From assembly GCA_964270895.1 (NCBI GenBank), contig OZ185435.1: DNA of 64,000 bases, one strand, 5' to 3'. Under the pieces are notes generated by a model. It was not told the DNA's origin. It searched no databases and was given only the letters and a program-made list of their open reading frames with translations. Shown piece after piece: positions 51,215-63,612 of this stretch. Position 1 is the first letter of the stretch. Each line of letters begins with the position of its first letter. The DNA comes from Podarcis filfolensis (lineage: Eukaryota). The position numbers and the translations under genes are program-made.

Positions 51215-52222
51215 CCACAACCTATGTTTCAGGAGCCATCTTGTGAATAGCTTATATATCTGCATTTCTAACATGGAAATGGAAGAGTCTGCCTTCCTGG
51301 GGGAAGTCAAACCATTGCAGAGTTTCAGCGGCAGCTGTGGCTCCAGATACAGGAGAGGTGTTTTGTTGCAGCTGGGGCAGAGAAAGACATCAGGTATGGC
51401 AGATGAAAGCATCGGGTAGTGCTGATGCAGGTGTACCGTGCCATTTCTTCTTTCTGCGCTCCTCCTACCAGTCATTCCTCCTGTGGTCACTGTGGGGATA
51501 CACAACCTGATTGACTGTCTCTAGGTGTTGTGGTCATCTGCAAGGGATTCCAAATGTTGCCAGCCTTCATGTTGCATTTACAGACATCTTTGTAATGCAG
51601 AGTTGGTCAGTCAGTGGGCCTGGTGCCTGAAGCCAGCTCCCCATAGAGCACATCCTTGGGGATCCTGCCATCTTCCATTCTGTTGACATGACCAAGCCAG
51701 CATAGATGTTGCTGAGACAGGACTGTGAACATACAGGGGACGTTTGAGACTCTGTCCTGCCATGTGATGCCCAAAATCTTCCTGACACAGCGTGCATGTG
51801 GAAGGCATTGAGGCGGGTTTAAGTTGCCTATGTCTCACTACCATAAAGCAGCATGCTCAACAAGCATGGTTGCTAGACCTTCTTCTTGGTATTGGTCGTT
51901 AGCATCACATTCTCCCGTACTTTTTTCTGGAAAGGCGAGTCCTTGCCATAGCCGGTTTTGCCAGTATGCTTGTCCAGTTCAGCACTGATTGAGAGCTTGC
52001 TAGTTATGGTGGAGCCAAGATAGACAAAATCGCCTACTACCTTAGACATGTGGTCAGCGCTGCTAATGCGTGGAATGCAGAAAACGCCCTGTCCCAGAAT
52101 GTTGGTATCTGTCAGGCTGATAGAAAGGTTTGGGCAGAATGGTTGATGAAACTGTAGAGCTTCCTCAGAGTGTGCTGTCAAGAATGCATCATCTGCAAAC
52201 AACATCTCTCTGATAAGGACCT
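51215..52222 (-). mobile_element. RTE-clade LINE 3' fragment
   Basis: REMLFADDAFL...FVYLGSTIT and WLGHV...EDGRIPKDVLYGEL on the reverse strand. Confidence 0.88.
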
Positions 52223-52454
52223 GATAAGTTTCTGATAAGTTTAAGTACTTTTTAAAGATAAATATAGAGCCTATAATATAGATGTGTGGAAACAAACCGT
52301 ATTATTTGAAAGTGTTTTACAAAAATGGATGACCACTTACCTTCAAGGAAATGCAAATTCATTTGTGAAATAGAAATACCATGCGTTACCAATTAAGGTC
52401 CTTTTAAACAAATTTCCAGGTTAAAAACGAAGTCATGAGGCAATTAACAATAAT

Positions 52455-54104
52455 TAACAATTAACAGCCTGTGGACAGGCTGCTTGGACGCGTGAAACCA
52501 ACCACCTGTCTCCTTGATCCTTGCCCATCCTGGCTAATAAAAGCAAGCCGGGAAGGGCTGGGCGATGGGCTCTGCGGGGTGGTGAATGCTTCCCTCTGTG
52601 AGGGAACATTCCCAGATCCGCTGAAAGAGGCGGTCATTAAACCGCTTCTTAAAAAACCATCTTTAGACCCGGCCAGTATGGCCAACTATCGCCCAGTCTC
52701 AAATCTTCCATTCTTGGGCAAGGTGATTGAGCGCGTGGTTGCTGAGCAACTCCAGGCACGCCTGGAGGATGCGGACCATTTGGATCCCTTCCAATCAGGA
52801 TTCAGGCCTCATCATGGGACTGAAACTGCCTTGGTCGCGCTGGTTGATGATCTCCGGCGAGCTAGGGACAAAGGTGAGAGTTGTTTCCTGGTTCTGCTGG
52901 ATCTCTCAGCGGCCCTTGATATGGTCGATTGACCATAACATCCTTCTGGACCGTCTAGAGGGGTTGGGAGCTGGGGGCACTGTTATGCAGTGGTTTCGCT
53001 CCTTCCTCCTGGGCCGTGTTCAGAAAGTGGTGGTGGGGGATGAGTGCTCAGACCCCTGGGCCCTCACTTGTGGGGTGCCTCAGGGTTCCGTCCTCTCCCC
53101 CATGCTTTTTAACATCTATATGAAGCCACTGGGAGAGATCATCAGGGGGTTTGGACTGGGTGTCCATCAATATGCAGATGATACCCAGCTCTACCTCTCT
53201 TTCAAATCAGAACCAGTGAAGGCGGTGAAGGTCCTGTGTGAGTGCCTGGAGGCAGTTGGAGGATGGATGGCGGCTAATGGATTGAGGTTGAATCCTGACA
53301 AGACAGAAGTACTGTTTTTGGGGGACAGGGGGCGGGCTGGTGTGGAGGACTCCCTGGTCCTGAATAGGGTAACTGTGCCCCTGAAGGACCAGGTGCGCAG
53401 CCTGGGAGTCATTTTGGACTCACAGCTGTCCATGGAGGCGCAGGTCAATTCTGTGTCCAGGGCAGCTGTCTACCAACTCCACCTGGTACGCAGGCTGAGA
53501 CCCTACCTGCCCGCGGACTATCTCACCAGAGTGGTGCATGCTCTGGTTATCTCCCGCTTGGACTACTGCAATGCGCTCTACGTGGGGCTACCTTTGAAGG
53601 TGACTTGGAAACTACAACTAATCCAGAACGCGGCAGCTAGACTGGTGACTGGGGGCGGCCGCCGAGACCACATAACACCGGTCTTGAAAGACCTACATTG
53701 GCTCCCAGTACGTTTCCGAGCACAATTCAAAGTGCTGGTGTTGACCTTTAAAGCCCTAAACGGCCTCGGCCCAGTATACCTGAAGGAGCGTCTCCACCCC
53801 CATCGTTCTGCCCGGATGCTGAGGTCCAGCGCCGAGGGCCTTCTGGCGGTTCCCTCATTGCGAGAAGCAAAGCTACAGGGAACCAGGCAGAGGGCCTTCT
53901 CGGTAGTGGCGCCTGCCCTGTGGAACGCCCTCCCATCGGATGTCAAAGCGATAAATAACTACCTGACATTCAGAAGACATCTTAAGGCAGCCCTGTTCAG
54001 GGAAGTTTTTAATCTGTGATATTTTAGTGTATTTTTGGTTTTCTATGGAAGCCGCCCAGAGTGGCTGGGGAAACCCAGCCAGATGGGCGGGGTACAAATA
54101 ATAA

Positions 54105-54135
<31 letters not shown>
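52455..54135 (+). mobile_element. Young L2-clade LINE, 5'-truncated
   Basis: ORFs 52471-52932 and 52727-54019 join into one RT frame with intact QYADDTQ. One frameshift at about 52929-52932. The 3' end has a CCGCCC...GGGCGG hairpin and a (TTA)n tail. Confidence 0.95.
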
Positions 54136-54138
<3 letters not shown>

Positions 54139-54139
54139 G

Positions 54140-55312
54140 ATAAAATAATAGTCAAATAAAATATAATGGCAAATGGATTAATATCATATTTGTATAAATC
54201 TATTATTGAGGTTAGGGACGCAGGTGGCACTGTGGGTTAAACCACAGAGCCTAGGACTTGCCGATCAGAAGGTCGGCGGTTCGAATCCCAGCGACGGGGT
54301 GAGCTCCCGTTGCTTGGTCCCAGCTCCTGCCCACCTAGCAGTTTGAAAGCACCTCAAAGTGCAAGTAGATAAATAGGTACTGCTCCCGCAGGAAGGTAAA
54401 CGGCGTTTCCGTGCGCTGCTCTGGTTCGCCAGAAGCAGTTTAGTCATGCTGGCCACATGACCCGGAAGCTGTACGCCGGCTCCCTCGGCCAATAAAGCGA
54501 GATGAGAGCCGCAACCCCAGAGTCGGCCACAACTGGACCTAATGGTCAGGGGTCCCTTTACCTTTTTATTATTGAGGTTCAATTTTGCCCTCAGCAAAAT
54601 TTGAGAAGGTGGTGGGAACTGAAATTGGAATTTAGAAATTGAAGAGGAGACATGGAACAGTCTGTGGATTAAAGCGTCATACAAATCTATATCGGCAACA
54701 ACAAAAGAAAGAGCCCTTAAAATTGTACATGGCTGGTACTTAACACCTTGATTCCTAGCTAATATAAAACTGGACAGTTCTCCCTTGTGTTGGAGAGGAA
54801 GACCCACTATAAGGACATATCAGCATATATGGTGGGAGTGTCCAAAAATAGAAAGGTTTGGGAAAAAAATATATTTACTAAAATACCTTTAAGTACAGGG
54901 CAAACAGTTCCCATGACTCCAGAACTAGCTCTGCTTAATTTGTATAGTCATGCTATGTTGCAAGTTGGAAATAAATAACTCATAACATATCTGTTAATTG
55001 CTGCAAAAACAACCATTGTCAAGAGATGGAAATCATTACAATTTTTGACTATGGAGCAATGGTATAATGCAATTTGGCAAAAATCAAAATTGTTCTTGAT
55101 AGAAAATACATTTTACTAATGGTTACAATCTAAGCATACACATTGTTATACATAATTTCATATCTGTAATAAATAAGATTTATATACTTGATCAAAATTT
55201 TGTTAATATAATCAGAAATGTTTATCTGAACATAGACTGTTTATTTTCATTCTCATTTTATGTAACTGTTTAATGCCATATGTCTAAATGTAATAAATAA
55301 AATTTAAAACAA
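54140..55312 (+). mobile_element. L1-clade LINE 3' end, interrupted by a Sauria SINE
   Basis: GLISYLYK...ETWNSLW...WYLTP...CWRG...HIWWECPK...AAKTTIVKRWK (L1 C-terminal Cys/His motif), then AATAAA and an A-rich tail at about 55290-55312. Confidence 0.85.
54215..54566 (+). mobile_element. Sauria SINE with 13-bp TSD
   Basis: Full-length copy; TATTATTGAGGTT at 54201-54213 and 54567-54579. Confidence 0.95.
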
Positions 55313-55319
55313 CAACAGC

Positions 55320-55975
55320 AAGTGTCGTGGAGACATCCAAGGTCAGGCCACTGGCACCACCTGGACCTGATTAACACCAGATGATGAATACTGAACTGTG
55401 TTTGTGTCACACGGAGCTATCACAATGCCAACTGCAACACTGATCACTCTCTGGTGGTGAGCAAGATCCTTCTGCAGCCAAAGAGGACTGACCAATAACA
55501 CAATTTGTGTGGCCATGAATTAATACCGCCAGCAGTACCTGAACTTTGGGATTGCTTCTCTGATTCCATTGAACAATATCTATTGAGAGACAGTGTTGAA
55601 AAAAGGAGGAACTACATCAAAGAGGCAACCTACAATACAGCTACGTCCTCCTTTGGCAAAAGATGGAAGTAGATCCCTGACTGGTTTGAGGATGGCATTG
55701 AGGACATGGAGCTTGTTATTGCTCCAGAGCACGAGGCTCTTACAAACTTCAAATGTGCGCCCTGCAAGAATACACTTGCTGCACTGAGAAAAGCAAGGAG
55801 AGATGCCCAGTGGATTGCCAGATGATGTGCCAGTTACTCCTGGCTGAGGCTGTGTCAGAGTATTCAACTCACTGCTGAAAGCAGCAACACTTGCAAAATG
55901 TACGAAGGCATGAAGAAAGCCTTTAGACCAACAGTCAGGAAAACTGCACTGCTGAAAACCTTGTCTGGAGAAATT
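55320..55975 (+). mobile_element. RTE-clade LINE endonuclease/linker fragment
   Basis: SWRHPRSGHWHHLDL...TDHSLVVSK (end of the APE domain) and MYEGMKKAF. Confidence 0.8.
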
Positions 55976-56119
55976 TCCCTTAGTATTGAATATTTGATGT
56001 GCAAAATAATAAATGAAGAAATATTTTTTAAAACAGAAACTGGAAGCTGGAAAATGGGAGATTAGAGTTATAGTAATATGGTGGAGAAGATACTAAAAAA
56101 CAAAAAATATTGAAAAATG

Positions 56120-56640
56120 TTTAGAGGTGAGTAGCAGGAAGTTTCCCGCTTCCAAAAGAAACAGCGGGATTGTTGTGATTGGGTATGTACTTTGATAGGG
56201 ATTTGTTTGCTGACCTGCTTTAGTATCCTGAGGCCTGCACTGTTTGCCTTGAGTGTGCATTAAAGTCATTCTTGAAAGGTTGCCAAAGCTTATTAAAACA
56301 ACTGGCAGTCAGCCAATGTTGCTTATCCAGGTGGGCACTAGAGTGCTGTCATGAAGAATGCTGAAAGGATCAAAACAATAACGCACTGGTAGTCAGGTTG
56401 AAGCAGGGGGGGTGGCACTGTGGGGTTTTAATCAATACTCCTGGTAAAATGAAGAGATCCACAAGGGACAAGTCATGTTCTAGTGGTCATGTGCAGCTGT
56501 TGTAAGCAGATGGGCTTTAATTCCCTAGATTATGGACTGTGGTTTGAAAACGATGGGCATTTGGGAAGGCATGGGCTACATAGAACTAAAATGGCAGTAA
56601 GAGTGTTGGCTCATTATAGTTCAAGGGGTTCCTAAACTGA
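56120..56640 (+). mobile_element. CR1 ORF1 (SGNH esterase-like) remnant
   Basis: Degenerate GIVVIG...RLPKLIK...MLLIQVG...LWFENDGHLGRHGLH, resembling the esterase domain of CR1 ORF1. Confidence 0.6.
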
Positions 56641-56695
56641 TGAGAATACGTAGGGTATAAGAGGGTATGTTATTTCATTTTATATATATACATAT

Positions 56696-56699
<4 letters not shown>

Positions 56700-56735
<36 letters not shown>
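56700..56735. repeat. (AC)n microsatellite
   Basis: Direct reading. Confidence 0.98.
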
Positions 56736-56737
<2 letters not shown>

Positions 56738-59700
56738 CTTGACTGTAAAAAAAACCCCTTCATTAAGAATAAAGCAATAAATTATCAGTGAAAACAGTTA
56801 CAAACAATTATTTGAAACATTCAAAAACAATTATGATCAATGAGAAACTAAAAACAGATTAAAACGCATGTCAACATTCTACATATCTGGGTAGGCTTAT
56901 CTAAACAAAAATGTTATCAGCAGGCATTGAAAAGAATAGTGTACAGAGTATTACCAGGCAAACATAGTGATCTGGCAGTACATCATGATGTACTGCTTCC
57001 TACCACAGTGCTGCGAGGCATCGGGGTGAAATCACTGCGATGGTTTCACCCCAGCGCCTCGTCTCACCAGGGAGGAAGCAGCTTTGCCCTCCCCAGCTGA
57101 GCAGCCCCCTACTTCTCTGACTTGCCCACCTTTCTGGTGGGCGCCATTGCTATTATAAGATAACACGGGAGGCGTTCATGGTGAGTTCCCACACCTCTTT
57201 TTCTAGAAAAATCGCACTGATCATCATATTTTCTAAACTGAGGAAATGCGAACAGAGCTTCTCTCTGTGCGTGAGTGCACCTAGTGGCTGATGTAGGTGC
57301 CTTGAGATGGAGGGAGAACCCCTGTACCATTTAACAGCCTTGTTTCCCCCGCTCCTGCTCATTTAGATGTGGGAGCGAGCCCTTGACAGTCATTTTGTGA
57401 CTGAGACCCACACCCATTTCAGAGTTACCCAGTAACCTGAAATGTTGGTGGTCCCTGCCTTATATTCTGTTCATCTGAATGAAGACCAATGGCAGCACCA
57501 GAAAAAAATGTGGAGAGGGGTGCATGATGGGGTGGGGGGGATGCATTTATGATGAGAAATATTTGTCTTACATGCTAGATCTGCTTTCATTCCTAACAGA
57601 TGCTTTCTAAAGTAAGGTCTGTTGATTTTGCTAGTTATTTTTCAAGTGAGCATGCTTGGGTCTGTTGCCTTATTTCAATTTGCAGTAGATGATTTACTTA
57701 TAACTTATGTGTGCTGGTGTAAGTGTTTTTTCCTTTTAGTGAATAAAATGGAAACCTCTTTTCTTTACCCTCCAGAGCAAATTTCTCACCTCTTTTTATT
57801 CCATTGCTTTTAGTAGTTGCACAGCAGGGGAGGAAATCAGATGCAGTTTTTCTTGGCTTAGAGGTGAAGTTTTTCCATTATTTCATATGTTGAACTGTCT
57901 GCCACATTGCTGTCAAAGTACAAGTTACATTCATACATATCACAGGTTTGCCTGCTCAGCCTCTGTTGTAAGAGTTTGTAATGTCAGTATAAAATATAAT
58001 TACAGATGTCTCTGGTTGCAGAATAGCAAAAATAGTTTAGTGTTGGCATCTCTTTCTCGCAGAAATTCCTCATACCTACATGGCACACGAAAGGTAGACA
58101 GGTAAATCCTTTACTATTTCTAGTTTAGGATTCCAAAAGGCTTCATCCATTTGCTGCATTTTCCCATCTCCTGAATACACTTGCAGGCTAGGTGCATAGT
58201 TGAACTGTAGAATGTTGTGGTTGCCTCCTGTTTGCCTGGAAAAGCTCCTGTCCAGAAAAGGGAGGGAACAAGTGAGAGTCAAAGACAGGTTGTTCGGGTG
58301 CTACAGACGCTTCCCAACAAAAGGAGGATGTTGCGGAGATAAGCAGGACAAACCCTTCCATGATGTGAATTAAGATACTCTCTTCAGCTGATAGCTTGTG
58401 AACCCCCTCCATTTCATGTGTTTTGGGCTAGGCACCTTTACTGCAAATAGCACTGCTGACTGCCATTCTCAAACACTGCTGCCCACCCACTGCTGTCACA
58501 ATTCACTCCTTTATGACTGCTCACATAGGCACCAGTTCCTAGGGGCTGAAGTCCCTTTGCCCCCCCCTAAAACATTTGAGGTGGCTGCCCCCCCCCCCAC
58601 GTTGATGGGCATTGCCATTCAAATGGTGTGTGTGTGCGCGTGCCTTGCGACTGATTATGCGGGTCAGGGCTTACCTGTCCCCCTAATAGTTTATTCAAGC
58701 TGGCACCCCAACTTCTCATGTGCTTGCACTGACTGGTGATGTAGGCTCGCAAACTTTGTTCTGAGGTACAGATTCCTCAGAGATTCCTCAGAGTAAGGCA
58801 CTGCGAGTGACATCGTCCAGACAGTTTTTGTGCTGCTGCTAAAGCTTTAATTTCATTTTAATGTCAAGCACACTGGTTGGTTTTTATTGGTAGGTATTTC
58901 TTTTTAATAAAGGATGATCAGTCTCCAACTCTGGTGGTATTTCTACTTTATCTCATTGTCCTTAGGGTTCACATATTTGTATATCTACTTGGTTCAAGTG
59001 ATAAGAGTGTACACAGTTTTGTTTTTAATGTGTTCTTGAAGCCATTTCCCTTTGTGTTGCCTATCTCTAACTCTTACTTTCCCTCTGTTTTTTTGGAATC
59101 TGGCCAGTTCCAACTTGCAGCAACTTGTGTCATCTTTCTGTTGCTCATTCTGTGTGTTTGAATTTCTGGAAACTAACTGGGCTTTGATACTGCCAGCTCA
59201 TTTGGAACATGGTGATTATTCCTGTACTCCTACTCCTTTAATCTTTTAACTTTATTGGCAGTTGATGCAATCCATTGCTTATTGTAGGCATAAATGTGTG
59301 TAAAGCAAATGTAGAAATGTGCTTCTAGAAGTTTCCATTAAAATTTTACTCTTTGGTCCTCCAGACGTTATTGATCTTGACCACACATCAGCCCCAGCCC
59401 ACAAAGTAGGGAATGATGAGAGTTGTAGTCAAACAGTGTCTGAAATGGCCGCAGGTTCTCTGATCCTGCTCTAAGCAGAAGCCTATTGACAATTGAGGAC
59501 TGGAATGTTGTAGTTTTACCCTTCTTGAAACTTGCTAAAGCAATAAAAAACGAAGTTGGCAAATGACAGTTGGTTTCCTCCTCCCCACCCCCCATTGTCC
59601 TCATTTAGGCACAAGGTGAAAGCATGTTTTAACTAGGCCTTTGGGATGTAATCAACCTTCTTGCAGACACTGATGTTTTATATGTAAGTTATGACTTTTT

Positions 59701-59884
59701 TATTGTTGTGTCATTTTGTTGACTGCTCTGTGCTCTTCTTGGGGAGAAGAGCATCATATAAGTACAAGGAAATAAATACATGCATGTTGATTGACAAGAA
59801 AAAACTCCATAATCCATAGTTTGGCAACATCTCTTTTTAGGAGCAACCAAATGTCACACAAGTAATGAATGATTTTATAATGAA

Positions 59885-60150
59885 TGATTTTAGAGTGTTG
59901 TTTGTGCTGTACTTTTGTACTGTTTTATTGTTGTTAGCCGCCCTGAGCCCGGCTTCGGCTGGGGAGGGCGGGATATAGATAAAATTTATTATTATTATTA
60001 TTATTATTAAGTAAGCTAACTTTTAAGTTATCCAGAACTAATCATCAGGCTGAATGTCACACAAAGTAATAATGATGATGATTATTATATTTATTATTTA
60101 TACCCCACCGACCTGGATGGGTTTCTCCAGTCACTCTGAGCGGATTACAA
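59885..60150. repeat. Two short L2 3'-tail copies, tail to tail
   Basis: 59885-60008 (+) matches the tail of the 1615-3752 L2; 60068-60150 (-) matches the tail of the 52455-54135 L2. Confidence 0.8.
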
Positions 60151-60154
60151 CATA

Positions 60155-60385
60155 CAGTCATACCTTGGGTTACAGATGCTTCAGGTTGCGTTTTTTTCGG
60201 GTTAAGGAGCCGCTGAAACCCGGAAGTACAGGAACAGGTTACTTCCAGGTTTTGGCAGTTGTGCATGTACAGAAATTCCGAATTGCAACCCGTGCATGCA
60301 CAGATGTGCCACTGCAGGTTGCGAACGCTGCAGGTTGCGAACGTGCATCCCACACAGATCATGTTCGCAAGCTGAGCATCCACTG
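60155..60385. mobile_element. Tc1/mariner MITE, related family
   Basis: TA-CAGTCATACCTTGGGTTAC...CATCCACTG-TA. Confidence 0.75.
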
Positions 60386-60497
60386 TACAGTAGGGAGTAA
60401 GGGGAACAAGGGCCTGGGGCCTGGGCATCAGAAGTACAAAAATCAGGGTGCATATTCTAGACATGAGGTCTGCATTTAGATTCTGCTCCAAGATGGG

Positions 60498-60680
60498 TAG
60501 GGTTGCCATATTTCAAATCAGTACAAGTTATTGAGCTTTTTAAAAGATTTTCAGATTGACTTGCCTAAGATCTAGGACAAAGCATCACATTTCAGAAATC
60601 CACCCCCCCCCCACCGGACGTCAATTCCATCTTTGAAATCCTGGAGATGTCCGCGAAAATCCGGATGTTTGGTAGCCCTA
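60498..60680. mobile_element. hAT (Blackjack-like termini) MITE
   Basis: TAGGGTTGCCATA...TTTGGTAGCCCTA TIRs; perfect TSD AAGATGGG. Confidence 0.85.
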
Positions 60681-61176
60681 AAGATGGGCAGTCATAGCCC
60701 ACAGATCAGTGCCAAATGGAAGTGAAGTGAAGTGAAGTGAAGAGAAGAGATTGGGCAAAATGTTGATATTGTTGAGTGCTGGCTCAGAATCCAAAGAATA
60801 TCAAATCAGGATTATATCACTTCAAATAATGAATTATTGCCTTCGGTGTATACAAGTGATGCATATCAGGGAAAGAATTCCAACTTCACATATGCACTAA
60901 TAGGGTCTCAACTGGCAGTGACTAACTAGGAATGAGACTTTGGGATCATAGAGGATAACTCCATGAAGATGTTGACTCAGTGTGTGGCAGCTGTGAAAAG
61001 TATGAATCCCATGTTATGAAAACTGTCAGTGTCACAATGCCATTATACAAATCTATGGTACATTATACAAATCTTTGGTACACTTGGAATACTCTGTACA
61101 GTTGTGGTCACCTAAGCTCAAAAAGGCTATTGTAGTGTCAGAAAAGGTTCAGACTGAAATGATCAAGGGGTTGGAG

Positions 61177-62173
61177 CAGGGTGGATTTGATTTAAATCAA
61201 ATCAATTTAAATCACAATTTAAATCACTAGTCAGTAAGGCTTGATTTGGATCATTTTTTTTACAGAAAGACTCATTCTTGCTGTTATAATCTTAATATTT
61301 ACAACCATATGAAGTTTTCATTTTTGGAATAAATTTTCAGAGTAGTTTTTACAGTTATATAAAAAATTACTGATTTGGTTATACTACTAGAAACACATAG
61401 ACAGATAATTATGAAATTATGGTGAGGTTTAATAAGTTAACTGTTTATATTTGGACAACTTTTCTGCTGTTCTTTATTGGAAGGAGAAAAATCATTTCCT
61501 TAATAACCGTTTAAACAATTTATTTAACTAAAATAATAACATTATAGCATATGTATCCATGTTTGTTAACTGATGTGGTTAAACTTTTTTTTTTTTTTTA
61601 CTTAGACCGAGTTTTAAAGGTAAAGGTGCAGTCGCGGACAACTCTGGGGTTGCGGCACTCACCTCGCTTTACTGGCCGAGGGAGCCGGCGTACAGCTTTC
61701 GGGTCATGTGGCTAGCATGACTAAGCTGCTTCTGGCAAAACCAGAGCAGCGCACGGAAACACCGTTTACCTTCCCACTGGAGCAGTACCTATTTATCTAC
61801 TTGCACTTTGACGTGCTTTCAAACTGCTAGGTGGGCAGGAGCTGGGACCGAACAACTGGAGCTCACCCTGTCGTGGGGATTCGAACCGCCAACCTTCTGA
61901 TCGGCAAGCCCTAGGCTCTGTGGTTTAGACCACAGCGCCACCCGCAACTGAGTTTTAGCACACATGAAAAACTTAAAACAAATCCTTATTTCCTGATGAA
62001 TAGCCTTTGGACTATAATGTAACTTAAATAGAAGACTATATTTAGAATGATTTTTCCTCCAAAAGCATTTTATTTTAAAAGTCTGATTTTTTTAAAAAAT
62101 CCGATTAAAAAAAATAAATCTCATTTTTATTTTTATTTTTTTTAAAACAACACATTGATTTTTATCCCCCCTG
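61177..62173. mobile_element. Non-autonomous hAT transposon (about 660 bp plus nested SINE)
   Basis: Ends CAGGGTGGATTTGATTTAAATC / ATTGATTTTTATCCCCCCTG; perfect 8-bp TSD GGTTGGAG (61169-61176, 62174-62181). Confidence 0.9.
61616..61945 (-). mobile_element. Sauria SINE inside a hAT element
   Basis: Reverse-complement full-length copy; GAGTTTTA direct repeat at 61609-61616 and 61950-61957. Confidence 0.93.
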
Positions 62174-62251
62174 GGTTGGAGCAACTCATCTGTGAGTAAA
62201 TGTTACAATATATGGGGCTTTTTAGTTTAGAAAAACAGCATGGGTTGGACC

Positions 62252-62388
62252 CTGGGCTTTTTTTTCAGCCAGAACTCACCAAAACTCAGTTCTGGCACCC
62301 TTCAGGTAGGCCCCATTGCCATTATGAGAGAACAAAGGAGGCTTTCATGGTGAGTTCTGGCACCTCTTTTTCTAGAAAAATAGTACTG
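62252..62388. mobile_element. hAT-type MITE; a related 3' half lies at about 57120-57218
   Basis: CTGGGCTTTTTTT...GAAAAATAGTACTG ends; TSD GTTGGACC / GTTGGATC. Confidence 0.8.
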
Positions 62389-63479
62389 GTTGGATCCAAT
62401 AGAATTTATGAGGTTATGCATGGTGTAGAGGAAGTAGACAGAGGACTTTATCCTCCCTTTATCAAAGTAATAGAATCCAGAATCATCCAATGAAGCTGAA
62501 TGTTAGAAGATTCAGGACAGATAAAAGAAAGTACTACTTCACACAGCACAAAGTAAAATTAGTGTTCTGCCTAATTTTACAGTGTTCATGGAGATATGTT
62601 CTATCAGAACAGGATTTTCTAAACACCTCAAGTTTATTCTTAGAAAGATCAAAGTGTCTTGCTCTTCAAAATTAACTGCTGTTAATTTTCTTAGTCCATA
62701 GCATCCCTTTCCAAAAAGTATATAAAATGTACTTTTGAGATAGAACTGTATTTGCCACACATAATTTATCATACATTTAAAGAGGCTATTGAGTTAACAT
62801 TTTTACAGACAAATTCAGTAGCTGCAACTGGAAGAGGGCTACAAATATATTAAAAATGAAATGTTGATGCGGCATGAGTTGTGTAGAGGATTTAGAAAGT
62901 TAGTTATGAGTAGGTTCTTTGTAATGTGCTGTTTTATATAAATGTTTAACCCTTGAATTGAAAGGTTAATAGGACCTGTTACTGTATAGAACTATTACAG
63001 AAGGCAGTGTAGCTACAGTATTTGTAGAACTACTATCGAAGAAACTGTAACTGCCCTTGTGTGACACTTACCTATCATATAATCATTAAGGAGATTGGCT
63101 TTAGAAGAAATAATGGTAAAGACTGAGGGGTTTTTTAGAATGGTTACTCAACTGTAGAACAGAACTACAGTATTTTCTCTTTAAACTACATTCTGATTTG
63201 GGCACTTTGGATGGGATTTATGGATGTGGTAATTGGTTTGTTTTTGTTTTGATTATGTATTTTGTGTTTTTATATTGTGATGTTATCTTGTGAACTGCCC
63301 TGAGACCTGTGGGTATAGGGCAATATGTAAATTTAATAAATAATAATTATATTTAAAGTGTCGCTCTCCTTAGGGTGCTCACATTCCACCTTCCACTGCC
63401 CAGTGCACATCTGTTACACCTCAACAGATCACTATTCCTCCAACAACTTCCACTCCATCTGGTTTTGCTGGACACATGC

Positions 63480-63612
63480 TAGCCACATGACCTGGAAAAA
63501 CTGTCTGCAGACAAACGTTGGCTCCCTCGGCCAGTAAAGCGAGATGAGCGCCGCAACCCCAGAGTTGTTCGTGACTGGATTTAACTGTCAGGGGTCCTTT
63601 ACCTTTACCTTT
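63480..63612 (+). mobile_element. Sauria SINE 3' fragment
   Basis: GGCTCCCTCGGCCAGTAAAGCGAGATGAG...(ACCTTT)n. Confidence 0.88.

Larger units (their letters stand above)
60860..62590 (+). mobile_element. Old CR1 C-terminal region split by hAT and SINE insertions
   Basis: CR1 motifs before 61177 (HLEYSVQLWSP, MIKGLE) and after 62173 / 62388 (LFSLEK, FRTDKRKYYFTQ). Confidence 0.8.
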
